This document shows positions 41,429 through 51,155 of a stretch of DNA of 64,000 nucleotides, piece by piece (the first letter of the stretch is position 1; each line of letters starts with the position of its first letter). The position numbers and the translations under genes were made by a program. The notes beneath the pieces are model-generated. The model was not told where the DNA came from and made no database searches. It saw only the letters and a list, made by a program, of their open reading frames with translations. This stretch comes from an uncultured delta proteobacterium (GTDB lineage Bacteria > Myxococcota > Myxococcia > Myxococcales > Anaeromyxobacteraceae): contig CAWHDZ010000040.1 of assembly GCA_963828255.1 (NCBI GenBank), forward strand, positions 192,001 to 256,000, read 5' to 3'.

Positions 41429-41632
41429 ATGCCGAAGCTCAAGACCAAGAGCGCCGCCAAGAAGCGCTTCCAGGTGAAGAAGAGCGGCGCGGTGAAGTTC
41501 CGCCGCGCCGGAAGCCGCCACCTGGCGACGTTCGGGAAGACCCCCAAGCAGAAGCGTGGGCTTCGCGGGACCGACCACCTGTCGGACAGCGACGCCAAGA
41601 AGATCAAGGAGAACTTCCCGTACGCCCGGTAG
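41429..41632 (+). CDS. rpmI: 50S ribosomal protein L35
   Basis: MPKLKTKSAAKKRF; position after infC. Confidence 0.96.
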   Translation: MPKLKTKSAAKKRFQVKKSGAVKFRRAGSRHLATFGKTPKQKRGLRGTDHLSDSDAKKIKENFPYAR

Positions 41633-41722
41633 GGTGAACGGGAAGACAACGCCCAAGCGGGGATCCCGAAGTGCTCGGGAGGAAGTCCTCCCGGCCCCCC
41701 GCCGGCACAGAAGGAGAGAACC

Positions 41723-42067
41723 ATGCGCGTCAAGAGGGGTGTGAAGGCTCGCCGTCGTCGCAACCGCGTCCTCAAGCTCGCCAAGGGCTTCCGGGGACGC
41801 CGCAAGAACGCATACCGCCGCGCCAACCAGGCGGTCGAGAGGGCGCTGGCCTACAGCACCCGCGACCGCCGCCGCCGCCGCCGCGAGTTCCGCGCGCTGT
41901 GGATCGTGCGCATCAACGCCGCCGCGCGCCTGAACGGCACGACCTACTCGCGCCTGGCCGGGGCGATGCGCAAGGCCGGCGTGGTGCTCGACCGCAAGGT
42001 GCTGGCCGAGATCGCGCTCTCCCTGCCGTCCGACTTCGCGGCCGTGGTGCGCGCCTCCCAGGCCTAG
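41723..42067 (+). CDS. rplT: 50S ribosomal protein L20
   Basis: [33 protein letters not shown]. Confidence 0.97.
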   Translation: MRVKRGVKARRRRNRVLKLAKGFRGRRKNAYRRANQAVERALAYSTRDRRRRRREFRALWIVRINAAARLNGTTYSRLAGAMRKAGVVLDRKVLAEIALSLPSDFAAVVRASQA

Positions 42068-42081
42068 AGCCCAAGGGCAAC

Positions 42082-43158
42082 GTGGACCTGGTCCGTGACC
42101 TGGAGGCCCTGGCGGAAGGGGCCCGGCAGTCCATCTCCTCGGCGCCCGACGACCGGGCGCTCGAGGAGTTGCGGGTCCGCTTCCTGGGCAAGAAGGGCGA
42201 GCTGTCGGCCGTGCTTCGCGGCATGGGCCAGCTCACGCCCGAGGAGCGTCCGCGCGTGGGCGAGGTCGCCAACCGGGTGCGCGACGAGGTCGAGTCGCTC
42301 CTGGTCCGGGCGCGGCAGCGCATCGCCGAGGACCGGCTCGAGCAGGAGCTGCAGGGCTCCCGCATCGACGTGACCCTGCCGGGGAGGCGGCTGCTCCCCC
42401 GCGGACACCGCCACCCGGTCACCCGGACCACCGAGGAGATCGTCGCCATCTTCGCCCGGCTCGGGTACGAGGTGGCGAGCGGCCCGGAGATCGAGCTCGA
42501 CTGGTACAACTTCGAGGCCCTGAACATCCCGGCCGACCACCCGGCCCGCGACATGCAGGACACCTTCTACGTGGACGAGGCGGCGCTGGGGCGCGTCGGC
42601 GGGGAAGGGGCGGTGCTGCTGCGCACCCACACCTCGCCCATCCAGATCCGCGCCATGAAGCGGGCCGGAGCACCGCCCGTGCGGGTGGTCGCTCCGGGCC
42701 GGGTCTACCGCAGCGACTACGACCAGACCCACACGCCCATGTTCCACCAGGTGGAGGGGATCTGCGTGGGGCCGGGAATCACCTTCGCCGACCTGAAGGG
42801 CACGCTGGCGGCCTTCGCCCGGGCCTTCTTCGGCGCCGGGACCCGCACCCGCGTCCGCCCCAGCTACTTCCCCTTCGTCGAGCCGGGCGCGGAGGTGGAC
42901 GTCTCCTGCACCATCTGCGCGGGAGCGGGCAACCGCGCCGGCGCGCGCTGCGGAACCTGCAAGGGCACCGGATGGCTCGAGGTGCTCGGCTCCGGCATGG
43001 TCCACCCCAAGGTCCTCGAGAACGTGGGGTTCGACCCCTCCGCCGTCACCGGTTTCGCCTTCGGCATGGGCGTGGAGCGCATGGCGATGCTCAAGTACGG
43101 CATCGCCGACCTCCGTCTCTTCTACGAGAACGACCTCCGCTTCCTCGAGCAGTTCTGA
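42082..43158 (+). CDS. pheS: Phenylalanine--tRNA ligase alpha subunit
   Basis: HPARDMQDTFY, LRTHTSP, HTPMFHQVEG, YFPFVEP, FAFGMGVER. Confidence 0.97.
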   Translation: MDLVRDLEALAEGARQSISSAPDDRALEELRVRFLGKKGELSAVLRGMGQLTPEERPRVGEVANRVRDEVESLLVRARQRIAEDRLEQELQGSRIDVTLPGRRLLPRGHRHPVTRTTEEIVAIFARLGYEVASGPEIELDWYNFEALNIPADHPARDMQDTFYVDEAALGRVGGEGAVLLRTHTSPIQIRAMKRAGAPPVRVVAPGRVYRSDYDQTHTPMFHQVEGICVGPGITFADLKGTLAAFARAFFGAGTRTRVRPSYFPFVEPGAEVDVSCTICAGAGNRAGARCGTCKGTGWLEVLGSGMVHPKVLENVGFDPSAVTGFAFGMGVERMAMLKYGIADLRLFYENDLRFLEQF

Positions 43159-43164
43159 ACCGAC

Positions 43165-45579
43165 ATGCGCATCTCCCTCTCCTGGCTCGCCACCTACGTC
43201 CCGCTGCCGCCCGCCGAGGAGCTGGCGCGGCGTCTCACCGACGTGGGGCTCGAGGTCGAGGCGGTGGAGCGGGTGGGCGCTGCCCTCGACGGCGTGGTGG
43301 CGGCGCGCATCCTCTCGTCGGAGCGCCACCCGGGGGCCGAGAAGCTCTCCGTCTGCCAGGTCGAGGCGGGGCAGGGGGCGGTGCAGGTGGTCTGCGGCGC
43401 CACCAACTGGAAGGTGGGCGACGTGGTCCCGCTGGCCACGCCGGGCACGCGCATGCCGGCCGGGCACCGCATCGACCGGGCCAGCCTCCGCGGCGTGGAC
43501 TCCCACGGCATGCTCTGCTCCGCCCGGGAGCTCGGGCTCTCCGAGGACGCGGCCGGGCTGCTCATCCTCCCCGCCGACGCGATCCCGGGCGCGCCGCTGG
43601 CCCGGGTGCTTGGCATCGAGGATGTCGTCCTCGAGGTGAACGTCACCCCGAACCGCGCCGATGCGCTCTCCCACCTTGGCATCGCCCGCGAGGTGGCCGC
43701 AGCCACCGGCGCGGCGATGGCCTACCCGGAGTCCGGGCTGAAGCAGCAGGCCCCCGCCGCCTCCACCTGCCTCCGGGTCTCCATCGAAGCGCCGGACCGG
43801 TGCTTCCGCTACGCGGCGCGGGTCGTCGAGGGCGTCCGCATCGGCCCGTCGCCGGCCTGGCTGGCCGGGAGGCTCGAGGCATGCGGCGTCCGCTCCATCT
43901 CCAACGTGGTGGACGCCACCAACTTCGTCCTCCTCGAGCGCGGCCAGCCGCTCCACGCCTTCGACCTCGACAAGGTGGCCGGCGCCGAGATCGTGGTCCG
44001 CATGGCCCGGGTGGGCGAGAAGATGGTCACCCTCGACGGAGTGGAGCGGACGCTCTCGCCCGACGACCTCGTCATCGCCGACCGCGACCGGGCCAGCGCG
44101 CTGGCCGGCGTCATGGGCGGCGGCGACTCGGAGATCTCCGCGGGGACCACCCGGGTGCTCCTCGAGTCGGCATGGTTCGAGCCCACCGGAGTGCGCCGCA
44201 CCGCACGCCGGCACGGCTTCCACACCGAGGCCTCCCACCGCTTCGAGCGTGGCGTCGATCCCGAGGGCGTGGTTCCAGCCCTCGACCGCTGCGCGGCCCT
44301 GATCGCCGAGCTCTCGGGCGGCACGGTCCGTCGCGGCGCCGTGGACGTGCACCCGCGCCGCCGCAAGCCGCTCGACGTGGAGCTGCCCTGGGCCCGCCCC
44401 GGCCAGGTGCTGGGGATGCCGGTTTCCCGAAAGGAGGCTCGCACCGCGCTCCTCGCCCTGGGGTTCGAGCTGCGCGCCACCGGCGCGAAGAGCGGGAAGT
44501 TCCGCGTCCCCAGCTGGCGGCTCGACGTGACCCGCGAGGAGGACCTGATCGAGGAGATCGTCCGCCTCCGGGGCTACGACGCCATCCCCGAGACGCTCCC
44601 GGCAGTCATCTCCGATACCCCGGCGCAGCCGCGCGGCGCCCTCGTCACCGAGCGTGCACGGCAGGCGCTCGAGGGCGCGGGCTTCTCCGAGGCGGTGAAC
44701 TTCAGCTTCGTCGCTCCCGACGACCTCCGTCCGCTCGCTCCCGGAGGAGGGCCCACCGGGATCCCCATCCGGAACCCCATCAGCGCCGACCTGGCGGTGA
44801 TGCGCTCGAGCCTGGTGCCGTCGCTGCTGAAGGTGCTCGCCTACAACCGCCGCCAGCGGGTCGAGGACGTCCGGCTCTACGAGATCGCCAGCACCTACCA
44901 CCCGCGCGAGGCGGGGGCGCAGGACGACGCGCCGGCCCGCGAGGACCTGCGCCTGGCGGGCGTGGCCACCGGGCGTCGCCACCCGGTGGGCTGGTCGGCC
45001 GGCGGGGAGCCCCTGGACTTCCACGACCTCAAGGGAGCGCTCGAGGCGTTGCTCGAGTCCCTGGGCATCGACGGGGTCCGCTTCGTCGCCGGGGGCGCGA
45101 CCTTCCTCCATCCGCGCTCGGCCGCCACCCTGGAGTGGACGTCGCCCGGAGGGAGCATGGTGACCCTGGGGGTCGCCGGTGAGGTCCACCCGCGGGTCGC
45201 GGCGGCGTTCGACCTCCCGCGCGGCGTCTTCACCTTCGACCTCTCCTTCCCGGCGCTCGCCGAGGCCGCCCGGCTGGTGCCGGGGCACGCGGGGGTTCCG
45301 CGGTTCCCGGCCGTCCTCCGCGACCTGGCGGTCGTGGTCGCGAGCGAGGTCGAGTCCAGGGCCGTCCTGGAAGGTGTCCGCGCCGAGCCGCTCGTCGAGG
45401 ACGTGACCCTCTTCGACGTCTACAAGGGCGCCCCCATCCCCGAGGGGAAGAAGAACCTCGCCATGGCCATCCGGTACCGTGCGGCCGACCGGACCCTCAC
45501 CGATTCCGAGGCCGACGCGGCCCACGGGCGGATCGTGGACCGCCTGAAGAGCGAGCTCCAGGCGGAGCTCCGGGGCTGA
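43165..45579 (+). CDS. pheT: Phenylalanine--tRNA ligase beta subunit
   Basis: MRISLSWL, VVCGATN, TPNRADALS, RFERGVD, RFPAVLRDLA, RTLTD. Confidence 0.97.
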   Translation: MRISLSWLATYVPLPPAEELARRLTDVGLEVEAVERVGAALDGVVAARILSSERHPGAEKLSVCQVEAGQGAVQVVCGATNWKVGDVVPLATPGTRMPAGHRIDRASLRGVDSHGMLCSARELGLSEDAAGLLILPADAIPGAPLARVLGIEDVVLEVNVTPNRADALSHLGIAREVAAATGAAMAYPESGLKQQAPAASTCLRVSIEAPDRCFRYAARVVEGVRIGPSPAWLAGRLEACGVRSISNVVDATNFVLLERGQPLHAFDLDKVAGAEIVVRMARVGEKMVTLDGVERTLSPDDLVIADRDRASALAGVMGGGDSEISAGTTRVLLESAWFEPTGVRRTARRHGFHTEASHRFERGVDPEGVVPALDRCAALIAELSGGTVRRGAVDVHPRRRKPLDVELPWARPGQVLGMPVSRKEARTALLALGFELRATGAKSGKFRVPSWRLDVTREEDLIEEIVRLRGYDAIPETLPAVISDTPAQPRGALVTERARQALEGAGFSEAVNFSFVAPDDLRPLAPGGGPTGIPIRNPISADLAVMRSSLVPSLLKVLAYNRRQRVEDVRLYEIASTYHPREAGAQDDAPAREDLRLAGVATGRRHPVGWSAGGEPLDFHDLKGALEALLESLGIDGVRFVAGGATFLHPRSAATLEWTSPGGSMVTLGVAGEVHPRVAAAFDLPRGVFTFDLSFPALAEAARLVPGHAGVPRFPAVLRDLAVVVASEVESRAVLEGVRAEPLVEDVTLFDVYKGAPIPEGKKNLAMAIRYRAADRTLTDSEADAAHGRIVDRLKSELQAELRG

Positions 45580-45670
45580 ACGGCCCGGAACGAACCGTTC
45601 GTTTGACAGGGCGCGCCGATTCAGCTAACGAACACGAGCACTTGGGCGCCGCGGCGCCCGAAGGGGTGAG

Positions 45671-45994
45671 GTGAGCGTGACCAAGGCCGACATCATCGAG
45701 AGCGTCTACGAAAAGGTTGGCTTCTCCAAGAAGGAGGCAGCCGACGTCGTGGAGATGGTGTTCGACACCATCAAGGAGACGCTCGAGCGCGGAGAGAAGA
45801 TCAAGATCAGCGGATTCGGGAACTTCATCGTCCGCGAGAAGAAGTCGCGCGTTGGCCGGAATCCGCAGACGGGGCAGGAGATCGAGATCTCGGCGCGCCG
45901 GGTCCTGACCTTCCGCCCCAGCCAGGTCCTGAAGAACGCGCTGAACGGGGAAGAGGAGTCGCCCCCCGGTCCGGTGGCGCCGCCGGTCGTCTAG
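45671..45994 (+). CDS. ihfA: Integration host factor alpha subunit
   Basis: KISGFGNF, RVGRNPQTG, RRVLTFRPSQ; follows pheT. Confidence 0.93.
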   Translation: MSVTKADIIESVYEKVGFSKKEAADVVEMVFDTIKETLERGEKIKISGFGNFIVREKKSRVGRNPQTGQEIEISARRVLTFRPSQVLKNALNGEEESPPGPVAPPVV

Positions 45995-46013
45995 CCACTC
46001 CGCTCCGGGCGCG

Positions 46014-47369
46014 TCAGCGCTCGTCGCGCTCGCCCAGGATCCGGTAGAGCGTCTTCCGGTCGATGCCGAGGATCTCGGCGGCCCGCGTCTTGTTCCCGCC
46101 CGTCTCCTGGAGCACCTGGGTGGCGTAGCGGCGCTCCAGCTCGGCCAGCGAGGGGCGGTCGGAGACGTCGGGCAGCGGAGCCTTCGCGGGGGAGGAGATG
46201 GCGGCGCGAATGGCCTCCGGAAGGTCCTCGGGAACGACCACGCCCGACGGGTTCAGCGCCAGCGCCCGTGCGATCACGTTCTCGAGCTCCCGGACGTTCC
46301 CCGGCCATTCGTGGGCGACCAGGAGCTCGCGCGCCTCGGGGGAGATGGCCGACCCCTCGGCCCGGCCGTGCTTCTGGGCGAAGTGCTCGGCGAGCAGCGG
46401 GATGTCCTCGCGTCGCTCCCGCAGCGGCGGGATGCGGATGCTCACCACGTGGAGCCGGTAGTAGAGGTCGGCGCGGAAGGAGCCCTGCTTCACCGCCGCC
46501 TCCATGTCCCGATTGGTGGCGGCCACGATGCGAACGTCCACCGCGATGGGCTCGTTGGTGCCGACGCGGCGGATGGTCCCCTCCTGGAGCGCGCGCAGCA
46601 GGCGGGCCTGGAGGTTCTGGCCGATGTCGCCGATCTCGTCGAGGAAGAGGGTCCCGTGGTGGGCCTCCTCGAAGAGGCCGCGGCGGGCCACCTGGGCGCC
46701 GGTGAAGGCGCCCCGGGCGTGGCCGAAGAGCTCCGACTCGAGGACCCCCTCGGCGATGGCGCCGCAGTCCACGGCCACGAATGGCCCGGAGGCCCGTGGC
46801 GAGGCGGTGTGGATGGCGCGGGCGACCAGCTCCTTTCCCGTGCCGCTCTCCCCCTGGATGAGGACCGTGGCGTCGGTGGAGGCCACCCGTGCCGCGGTCT
46901 TGTAGACCTGCAGCATGGCTTCGCTGCGCCCCACCACGTTGTCGAGCCGGTAGCGGTCGCGCAGGCCGCGGCGCAGCGCCCGGTTCTCCATGGCAAGCTC
47001 GCGGTGCTGGAGCGCCCGGGCCACCACGATCTGGATGGCGTCCACGTCGTAGGGCTTGGAGAGGTAGTCGGCGGCGCCGCGCCGGATGGCCTCCACCGCG
47101 CCGTCGATGTTCCCGAAGGCGGTGACCAGGATGACCGGCGTGTCGGGGGCGCGCTCCCGGAAGGCGTCGATGACCTGGAGCCCGTCCATCTCGGCCATGC
47201 GGATGTCGGACACCACCAGGTCGGGGTGCTCTCCGGCGTCCAGGGCCGCGACCGCCTCCCTGCCGTCGGAGAGCGCCGTCACCCGGTGCCCCGCGCTGGT
47301 GAGGATCCGGGCGAGGAGGTCGCGGCTCGACTGGTCGTCGTCCACCACCAGGATGTGGGCGGGTTCCAT
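46014..47369 (-). CDS. sigma54-dependent response regulator (NtrC/ZraR-like)
   Basis: REC, GESGTGKE, ESELFGHARGAFTGA, WPGNVRELEN, Fis HTH. Confidence 0.94.
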   Translation of the reverse strand: MEPAHILVVDDDQSSRDLLARILTSAGHRVTALSDGREAVAALDAGEHPDLVVSDIRMAEMDGLQVIDAFRERAPDTPVILVTAFGNIDGAVEAIRRGAADYLSKPYDVDAIQIVVARALQHRELAMENRALRRGLRDRYRLDNVVGRSEAMLQVYKTAARVASTDATVLIQGESGTGKELVARAIHTASPRASGPFVAVDCGAIAEGVLESELFGHARGAFTGAQVARRGLFEEAHHGTLFLDEIGDIGQNLQARLLRALQEGTIRRVGTNEPIAVDVRIVAATNRDMEAAVKQGSFRADLYYRLHVVSIRIPPLRERREDIPLLAEHFAQKHGRAEGSAISPEARELLVAHEWPGNVRELENVIARALALNPSGVVVPEDLPEAIRAAISSPAKAPLPDVSDRPSLAELERRYATQVLQETGGNKTRAAEILGIDRKTLYRILGERDER

Positions 47370-47378
47370 CGGGGACTC

Positions 47379-48905
47379 CTATCGTGGAGCCGGGGGAGTG
47401 GAGGGGGGCGCCGGGAGGAGGAGCGTGAAGGTCGCGCCCGCGCCGGGGCTCGACTCCACCTCGATGCGGCCGCGCAGCGCGCCGGCGATCTCCCGGGAGA
47501 TGGCCAGGCCGAGCCCGGTGCCCTTGCCCGCCTCCTTGGTGGTGAAGAACGGCTCGAAGATGTGCTTGCGCGCGTCGGGGGCGATGCCGGGTCCCGTGTC
47601 GGTGACCGAGAGTGCAAGCTGGTCGCCGGTGCGCCGCGCGCGGACGGTGAGGCTGCCGGTCCCGGCCATGGCGTCCACCGCGTTGGAGATGAAGTTGCCG
47701 AGGACGTGACGGACCAGCGAGGGGTCGATGCTGGCCGGTCCCAGGTCGGCCGGGACGTCGCGCCGGACCTCGATGCGCTGGCGGGCCTCCGCCGAGACGT
47801 TGAGGGAGAGGGCCTCGTCCACCAGCGCGCCGAGCTGGACCGGCTCGGGGCGGGGCACCAGCGCCCGCGCGGAGTCGAGGAAGCGCCGGATGATGGCGGT
47901 CATGCGCTGGACCTCGCGCTCGATGACCTGGAACTGGTCGCGCATGCCGGGCGGGCAGGCGGGGTCCCGGGCCAGGAGCTGCACGTGGCCGGAGATGGCG
48001 TTGAGCGGATTCCCCAGCTCGTGGGCGATGGTGCCGGAGAGCTGTCCGAGGGCGGCCAGCCGCTCCTGCGCGGAGCGCTCCCGGCGGGCCTCCATGAGCA
48101 GCTCGTTCAGCTCGGCCAGCTCCCGGTTCTTGCGGGCCAGGTCGGCGGTGGCCTCCTCGACGCGATCCTGCAGCTCCCGGTTGAAGCCGCGCACCCGCCC
48201 CAGCATGGCGTCGAGGCCGCGGGCCAGCGTCCCGATCTCGTCGCGGCGCGCCGTGCCCGGGACGGCGGCGGCGTCGAGGGCGCCCGACTCGACCCCCTCC
48301 ACCGAGCCGGCCAGAGCGGAGAGCGGCTGGACCAGCATCCGGCTGAGGACGAGCGAGAAGGCCAGGAAGATCAGGATGGCGGCGAGAGCCGTGGAGGCCA
48401 CGAAGATCCTGGCCTGGCTGCGCCCCAGCCGCTCGGCCTCGGAGAGGCTGGCCTCGAGCCGGATGGCCGCGACGGGGTGGGAGAAGGAGTCCTTCACGGG
48501 GAGCTCGACCCGGACCACGCGGTCGTCGCCGTCGCCGACCACTTCCGAGACGGTCTGGGCGGGGAAGGAGTAGTCGAGATCCCCGAAGGTGGTCTCGGGT
48601 CCGCTGGGGCCGTACTGCATGCGGACCACGTCGTCCTTGCCCGGCTTCCGGATGATGAGCTCGGCGGAGCGCACGCCGCGGTGCTGCCGGAGGGCGGCGG
48701 CCAGCCGGTCGGCGGCACGGGCCGGGTCGAGGTCCCGGGAGAGGTCGAGGTCGGCGCGGACCGCCCGGGCCACCTCGACGGCCCGGTCGCGCACGGCCGA
48801 CTCGACGGCCCGCGACGCGGCGCCGGCGCCGAGCGCCGCGGCGATCCCCATGGAGAGCACGAGGATCACCGTGAAGAGGGCGATGATCTTTGCTCGGATG
48901 GACAC
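47379..48905 (-). CDS. Membrane sensor histidine kinase (HAMP, HisKA)
   Basis: IAHELGNPL, NAVDAM, DTGPGI, FEPFFTTK, GTGLGL; two TMs. Confidence 0.93.
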   Translation of the reverse strand: MSIRAKIIALFTVILVLSMGIAAALGAGAASRAVESAVRDRAVEVARAVRADLDLSRDLDPARAADRLAAALRQHRGVRSAELIIRKPGKDDVVRMQYGPSGPETTFGDLDYSFPAQTVSEVVGDGDDRVVRVELPVKDSFSHPVAAIRLEASLSEAERLGRSQARIFVASTALAAILIFLAFSLVLSRMLVQPLSALAGSVEGVESGALDAAAVPGTARRDEIGTLARGLDAMLGRVRGFNRELQDRVEEATADLARKNRELAELNELLMEARRERSAQERLAALGQLSGTIAHELGNPLNAISGHVQLLARDPACPPGMRDQFQVIEREVQRMTAIIRRFLDSARALVPRPEPVQLGALVDEALSLNVSAEARQRIEVRRDVPADLGPASIDPSLVRHVLGNFISNAVDAMAGTGSLTVRARRTGDQLALSVTDTGPGIAPDARKHIFEPFFTTKEAGKGTGLGLAISREIAGALRGRIEVESSPGAGATFTLLLPAPPSTPPAPR

Positions 48906-48918
48906 GGGACCCTGGGTG

Positions 48919-48954
48919 AAATGGAAAGGGCCGGCTGCGATCGCAGCCGGCCCT
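48919..48954 (-). terminator. Perfect 28-bp palindrome with a T-rich tail on the minus strand
   Basis: agggccggctgcga|tcgcagccggccct at 48927-48954. Confidence 0.75.
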
Positions 48955-48979
48955 CCAAGCTACCAGAATCAGCCGCTGA

Positions 48980-49253
48980 CTACTTGGACGGCTGGGGCTG
49001 CGTCGTGGTGTCCGGCGGGGCCTTCTTGGCCTTCTTCTTGGTCTCCTTCTTCGCCGGGGCCGCGGCGGCCGGCTTGGCGGCCGGGGCAGCGGCGGCCGGC
49101 ATCGGCGGCCGGGGCAGCGGCGGCCGGGGCAGCGGCGGCCGGCGCAGCGGCGGCCGGCGCAGGGGCCGGGGCGGCCGGCTTGGCGGCGGGGGCCTGGGCG
49201 AGGACTGGGAGGGCGAAGGCGACGGCCACGAGGGCGCTGAGGATCTTCTTCAT
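48980..49253 (-). CDS. Small secreted Ala/Pro/Lys-rich protein; frameshift at about 49100-49106 inside a 15-bp tandem array
   Basis: MKKILSALVAVAFALPVLA signal, AAAPA repeats; after the shift the frame reads PMPAAAAPAAKP..KKETKKKAKKAPP..SK*; AGGAG RBS. Confidence 0.75.
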
Positions 49254-49310
49254 TTGGGGTCTTCTCCTTGGGGGTTTTCTGACTGGCGGGTAAAGCTCCA
49301 CCAGGGTCTT

Positions 49311-49327
49311 TAGCAGCGTCCGTGCCA
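49311..49327 (-). promoter_or_regulatory. sigma54 promoter of the small Ala/Pro/Lys protein
   Basis: Minus strand TGGCACGGACGCTGCTA. Confidence 0.75.
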
Positions 49328-49469
49328 TGACATGGCCCGCCATGGGCGACGTGAAATCGGGCACTTGCGAGGGGGACGCCTGGTCGCCCGCGGGGGACCG
49401 GGGAGTTCTGGGACGCCCCCGGCAGGAAGTGGGTAGGAGTTCCACGGGGTTCGCGACTATAAGGCGCGG

Positions 49470-49856
49470 ATGCCCACCGACTACACCGATCGCAGGACCA
49501 TGCGGCTCGACGTCGAGTTCTACTTCGCCGCCGCCCACCGGCTCCCCCGGTACGAGGGGCCGTGCTTCCGGCTCCACGGGCACAACTACAAGTTCTTCGT
49601 GGGCGTGGAGGGGGAGGTCGATCCGGCCACCGGGATGATCGCCGACTTCGGGAAGATCAAGGAGGTGGTGGCCGAGGAGGTCCTCTCCCGCGCCGACCAC
49701 CGCAACCTGAACGACGTCCTCGACAACCCGACCGCCGAGAACATCGCGCGCTGGATCTGGGAGGTGCTGGCGCCGCGGGTGACCGGCCTCTGCGAGGTGC
49801 GGCTCTACGAGATCCCCGACTGCTGCGTGACCTACCGGGGGCCGGGTGGGCGCTAG
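49470..49856 (+). CDS. queD: 6-carboxytetrahydropterin synthase/PTPS-family protein (start 49470 or 49500)
   Basis: FAAAHRL, CFRLHGHNY (Cx3HGH), DHRNLN, NPTAENIA. Confidence 0.85.
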   Translation: MPTDYTDRRTMRLDVEFYFAAAHRLPRYEGPCFRLHGHNYKFFVGVEGEVDPATGMIADFGKIKEVVAEEVLSRADHRNLNDVLDNPTAENIARWIWEVLAPRVTGLCEVRLYEIPDCCVTYRGPGGR

Positions 49857-50460
49857 GAGGAGGCCTTCGACGGGAGCGGCCGCGGCGGCCGTCGCGCGCT
49901 TCCTCGCGGAGGTGGTCCCGGCCACAGCCCTGAAGGCTGCCGACGTGAGGGGCACGCCGCGCCGCGTGGCCGAGGCCTTCCGCGACGACCTGCTCGACGG
50001 GTACCGGGCGGACCCCGCGGAGATCCTCGGGCAGGCCATGGAGGTCCCGGGGCGTGACCTGGTGGCGCTGGCCGGGATCGACTTCCACGCGGTCTGCCCG
50101 CACCACCTGCTCCCGTACCGGGGCCGCGCCTGCGTGGCCTACGTGCCCGGCGGCCGGGTGGTGGGATTCGGCGTGCTGGCCCGGCTGGTGGACTGCTTCG
50201 CCCACCGCCTGGTCATCCAGGAGGTCCTGGCCCGCCAGGTGGCCGATGCGCTGGTGGCCCACCTGGGAGCGCGCGGCGCGGCCTGCATCCTCGACGCGGA
50301 GCAGATGTGCCTCACGGTGAGGGGCGAGCGGCGCCGCGAGGCCAGGGCCCACGCCCAGGCCTTCGCCGGGTCGATGGCCCGGAGCGCGGCCTGGCAGCGG
50401 CGGGTCCTCGGCATCGCCGCGGGCCAGCCCACCTCGGCTCAGGGGAGGAGACGCCGGTGA
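49846..50460 (+). CDS. folE: GTP cyclohydrolase I (divergent)
   Basis: TPRRVA, CPHHLLPY, AYVP, IQE, MCLTVRG. Confidence 0.8.
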   Translation: MGARRRPSTGAAAAAVARFLAEVVPATALKAADVRGTPRRVAEAFRDDLLDGYRADPAEILGQAMEVPGRDLVALAGIDFHAVCPHHLLPYRGRACVAYVPGGRVVGFGVLARLVDCFAHRLVIQEVLARQVADALVAHLGARGAACILDAEQMCLTVRGERRREARAHAQAFAGSMARSAAWQRRVLGIAAGQPTSAQGRRRR

Positions 50461-51155
50461 CCGGGGGGCCTGCCGGGAGGCTCGACGGCCGGACCGCCAT
50501 CGTCACCGGCGGTGGAAGGGGCATCGGGGCCGCGGTGGCCCGGGAGCTGACCCGGCGTGGGGCGCGGGTGACCGTCTTCGCGCGAAGCGCTCCCGAGGTC
50601 GACGAGGTGGTGGCGTCGGGGGGGGCGGCGCTGGCCGTCGCCGGCGACGTGTCGGTGGAGGCCGACGTGGTGCGCCTGCGCGCCTCGCACGAGCGGGTGC
50701 TCGGCCCCTGCGACGTGCTGGTCCACGCCGCCGGGATCCTGGTGCGTGGACGCGTCGAGGTCCTCGAGCCGGCCGCCTGGCGCCGCGTGCTCGAGGTGAA
50801 CCTCACCGGGGCCTTCCTCCTGGCGCGCGCGGTGCTGCCGGGGATGCGCGCGCGGGGCCGGGGGCGCATCCTGGCCATCGCCTCCATCTCCGCCCATGTG
50901 GGGACGGCCGAGGGGTCGGCCTACAACGCCTCGAAGTGGGGGCTGGTCGGCTTCGCGAAGAGCCTGGCCGAGGAGGTGCGCGGCTCCGGCGTCCAGGTGA
51001 TGACCATCTCTCCGGGCGGGGTGGCAACGCGCATGCTGGCGCAGACCCCGTTCCCGCCCGCCATGGAGGCGGACGACGTGGCCCGGGTGGTGGGCTGGTG
51101 CGCCGCGGAGGCGCCGGACGCGATGAGCGGGAGCGACGTGGAGGTGTTCGGGTGA
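50457..51155 (+). CDS. SDR-family oxidoreductase
   Basis: TGGGRGIG, VNLTG, YNASK motifs; GTGA overlap. Confidence 0.9.
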   Translation: MTGGPAGRLDGRTAIVTGGGRGIGAAVARELTRRGARVTVFARSAPEVDEVVASGGAALAVAGDVSVEADVVRLRASHERVLGPCDVLVHAAGILVRGRVEVLEPAAWRRVLEVNLTGAFLLARAVLPGMRARGRGRILAIASISAHVGTAEGSAYNASKWGLVGFAKSLAEEVRGSGVQVMTISPGGVATRMLAQTPFPPAMEADDVARVVGWCAAEAPDAMSGSDVEVFG

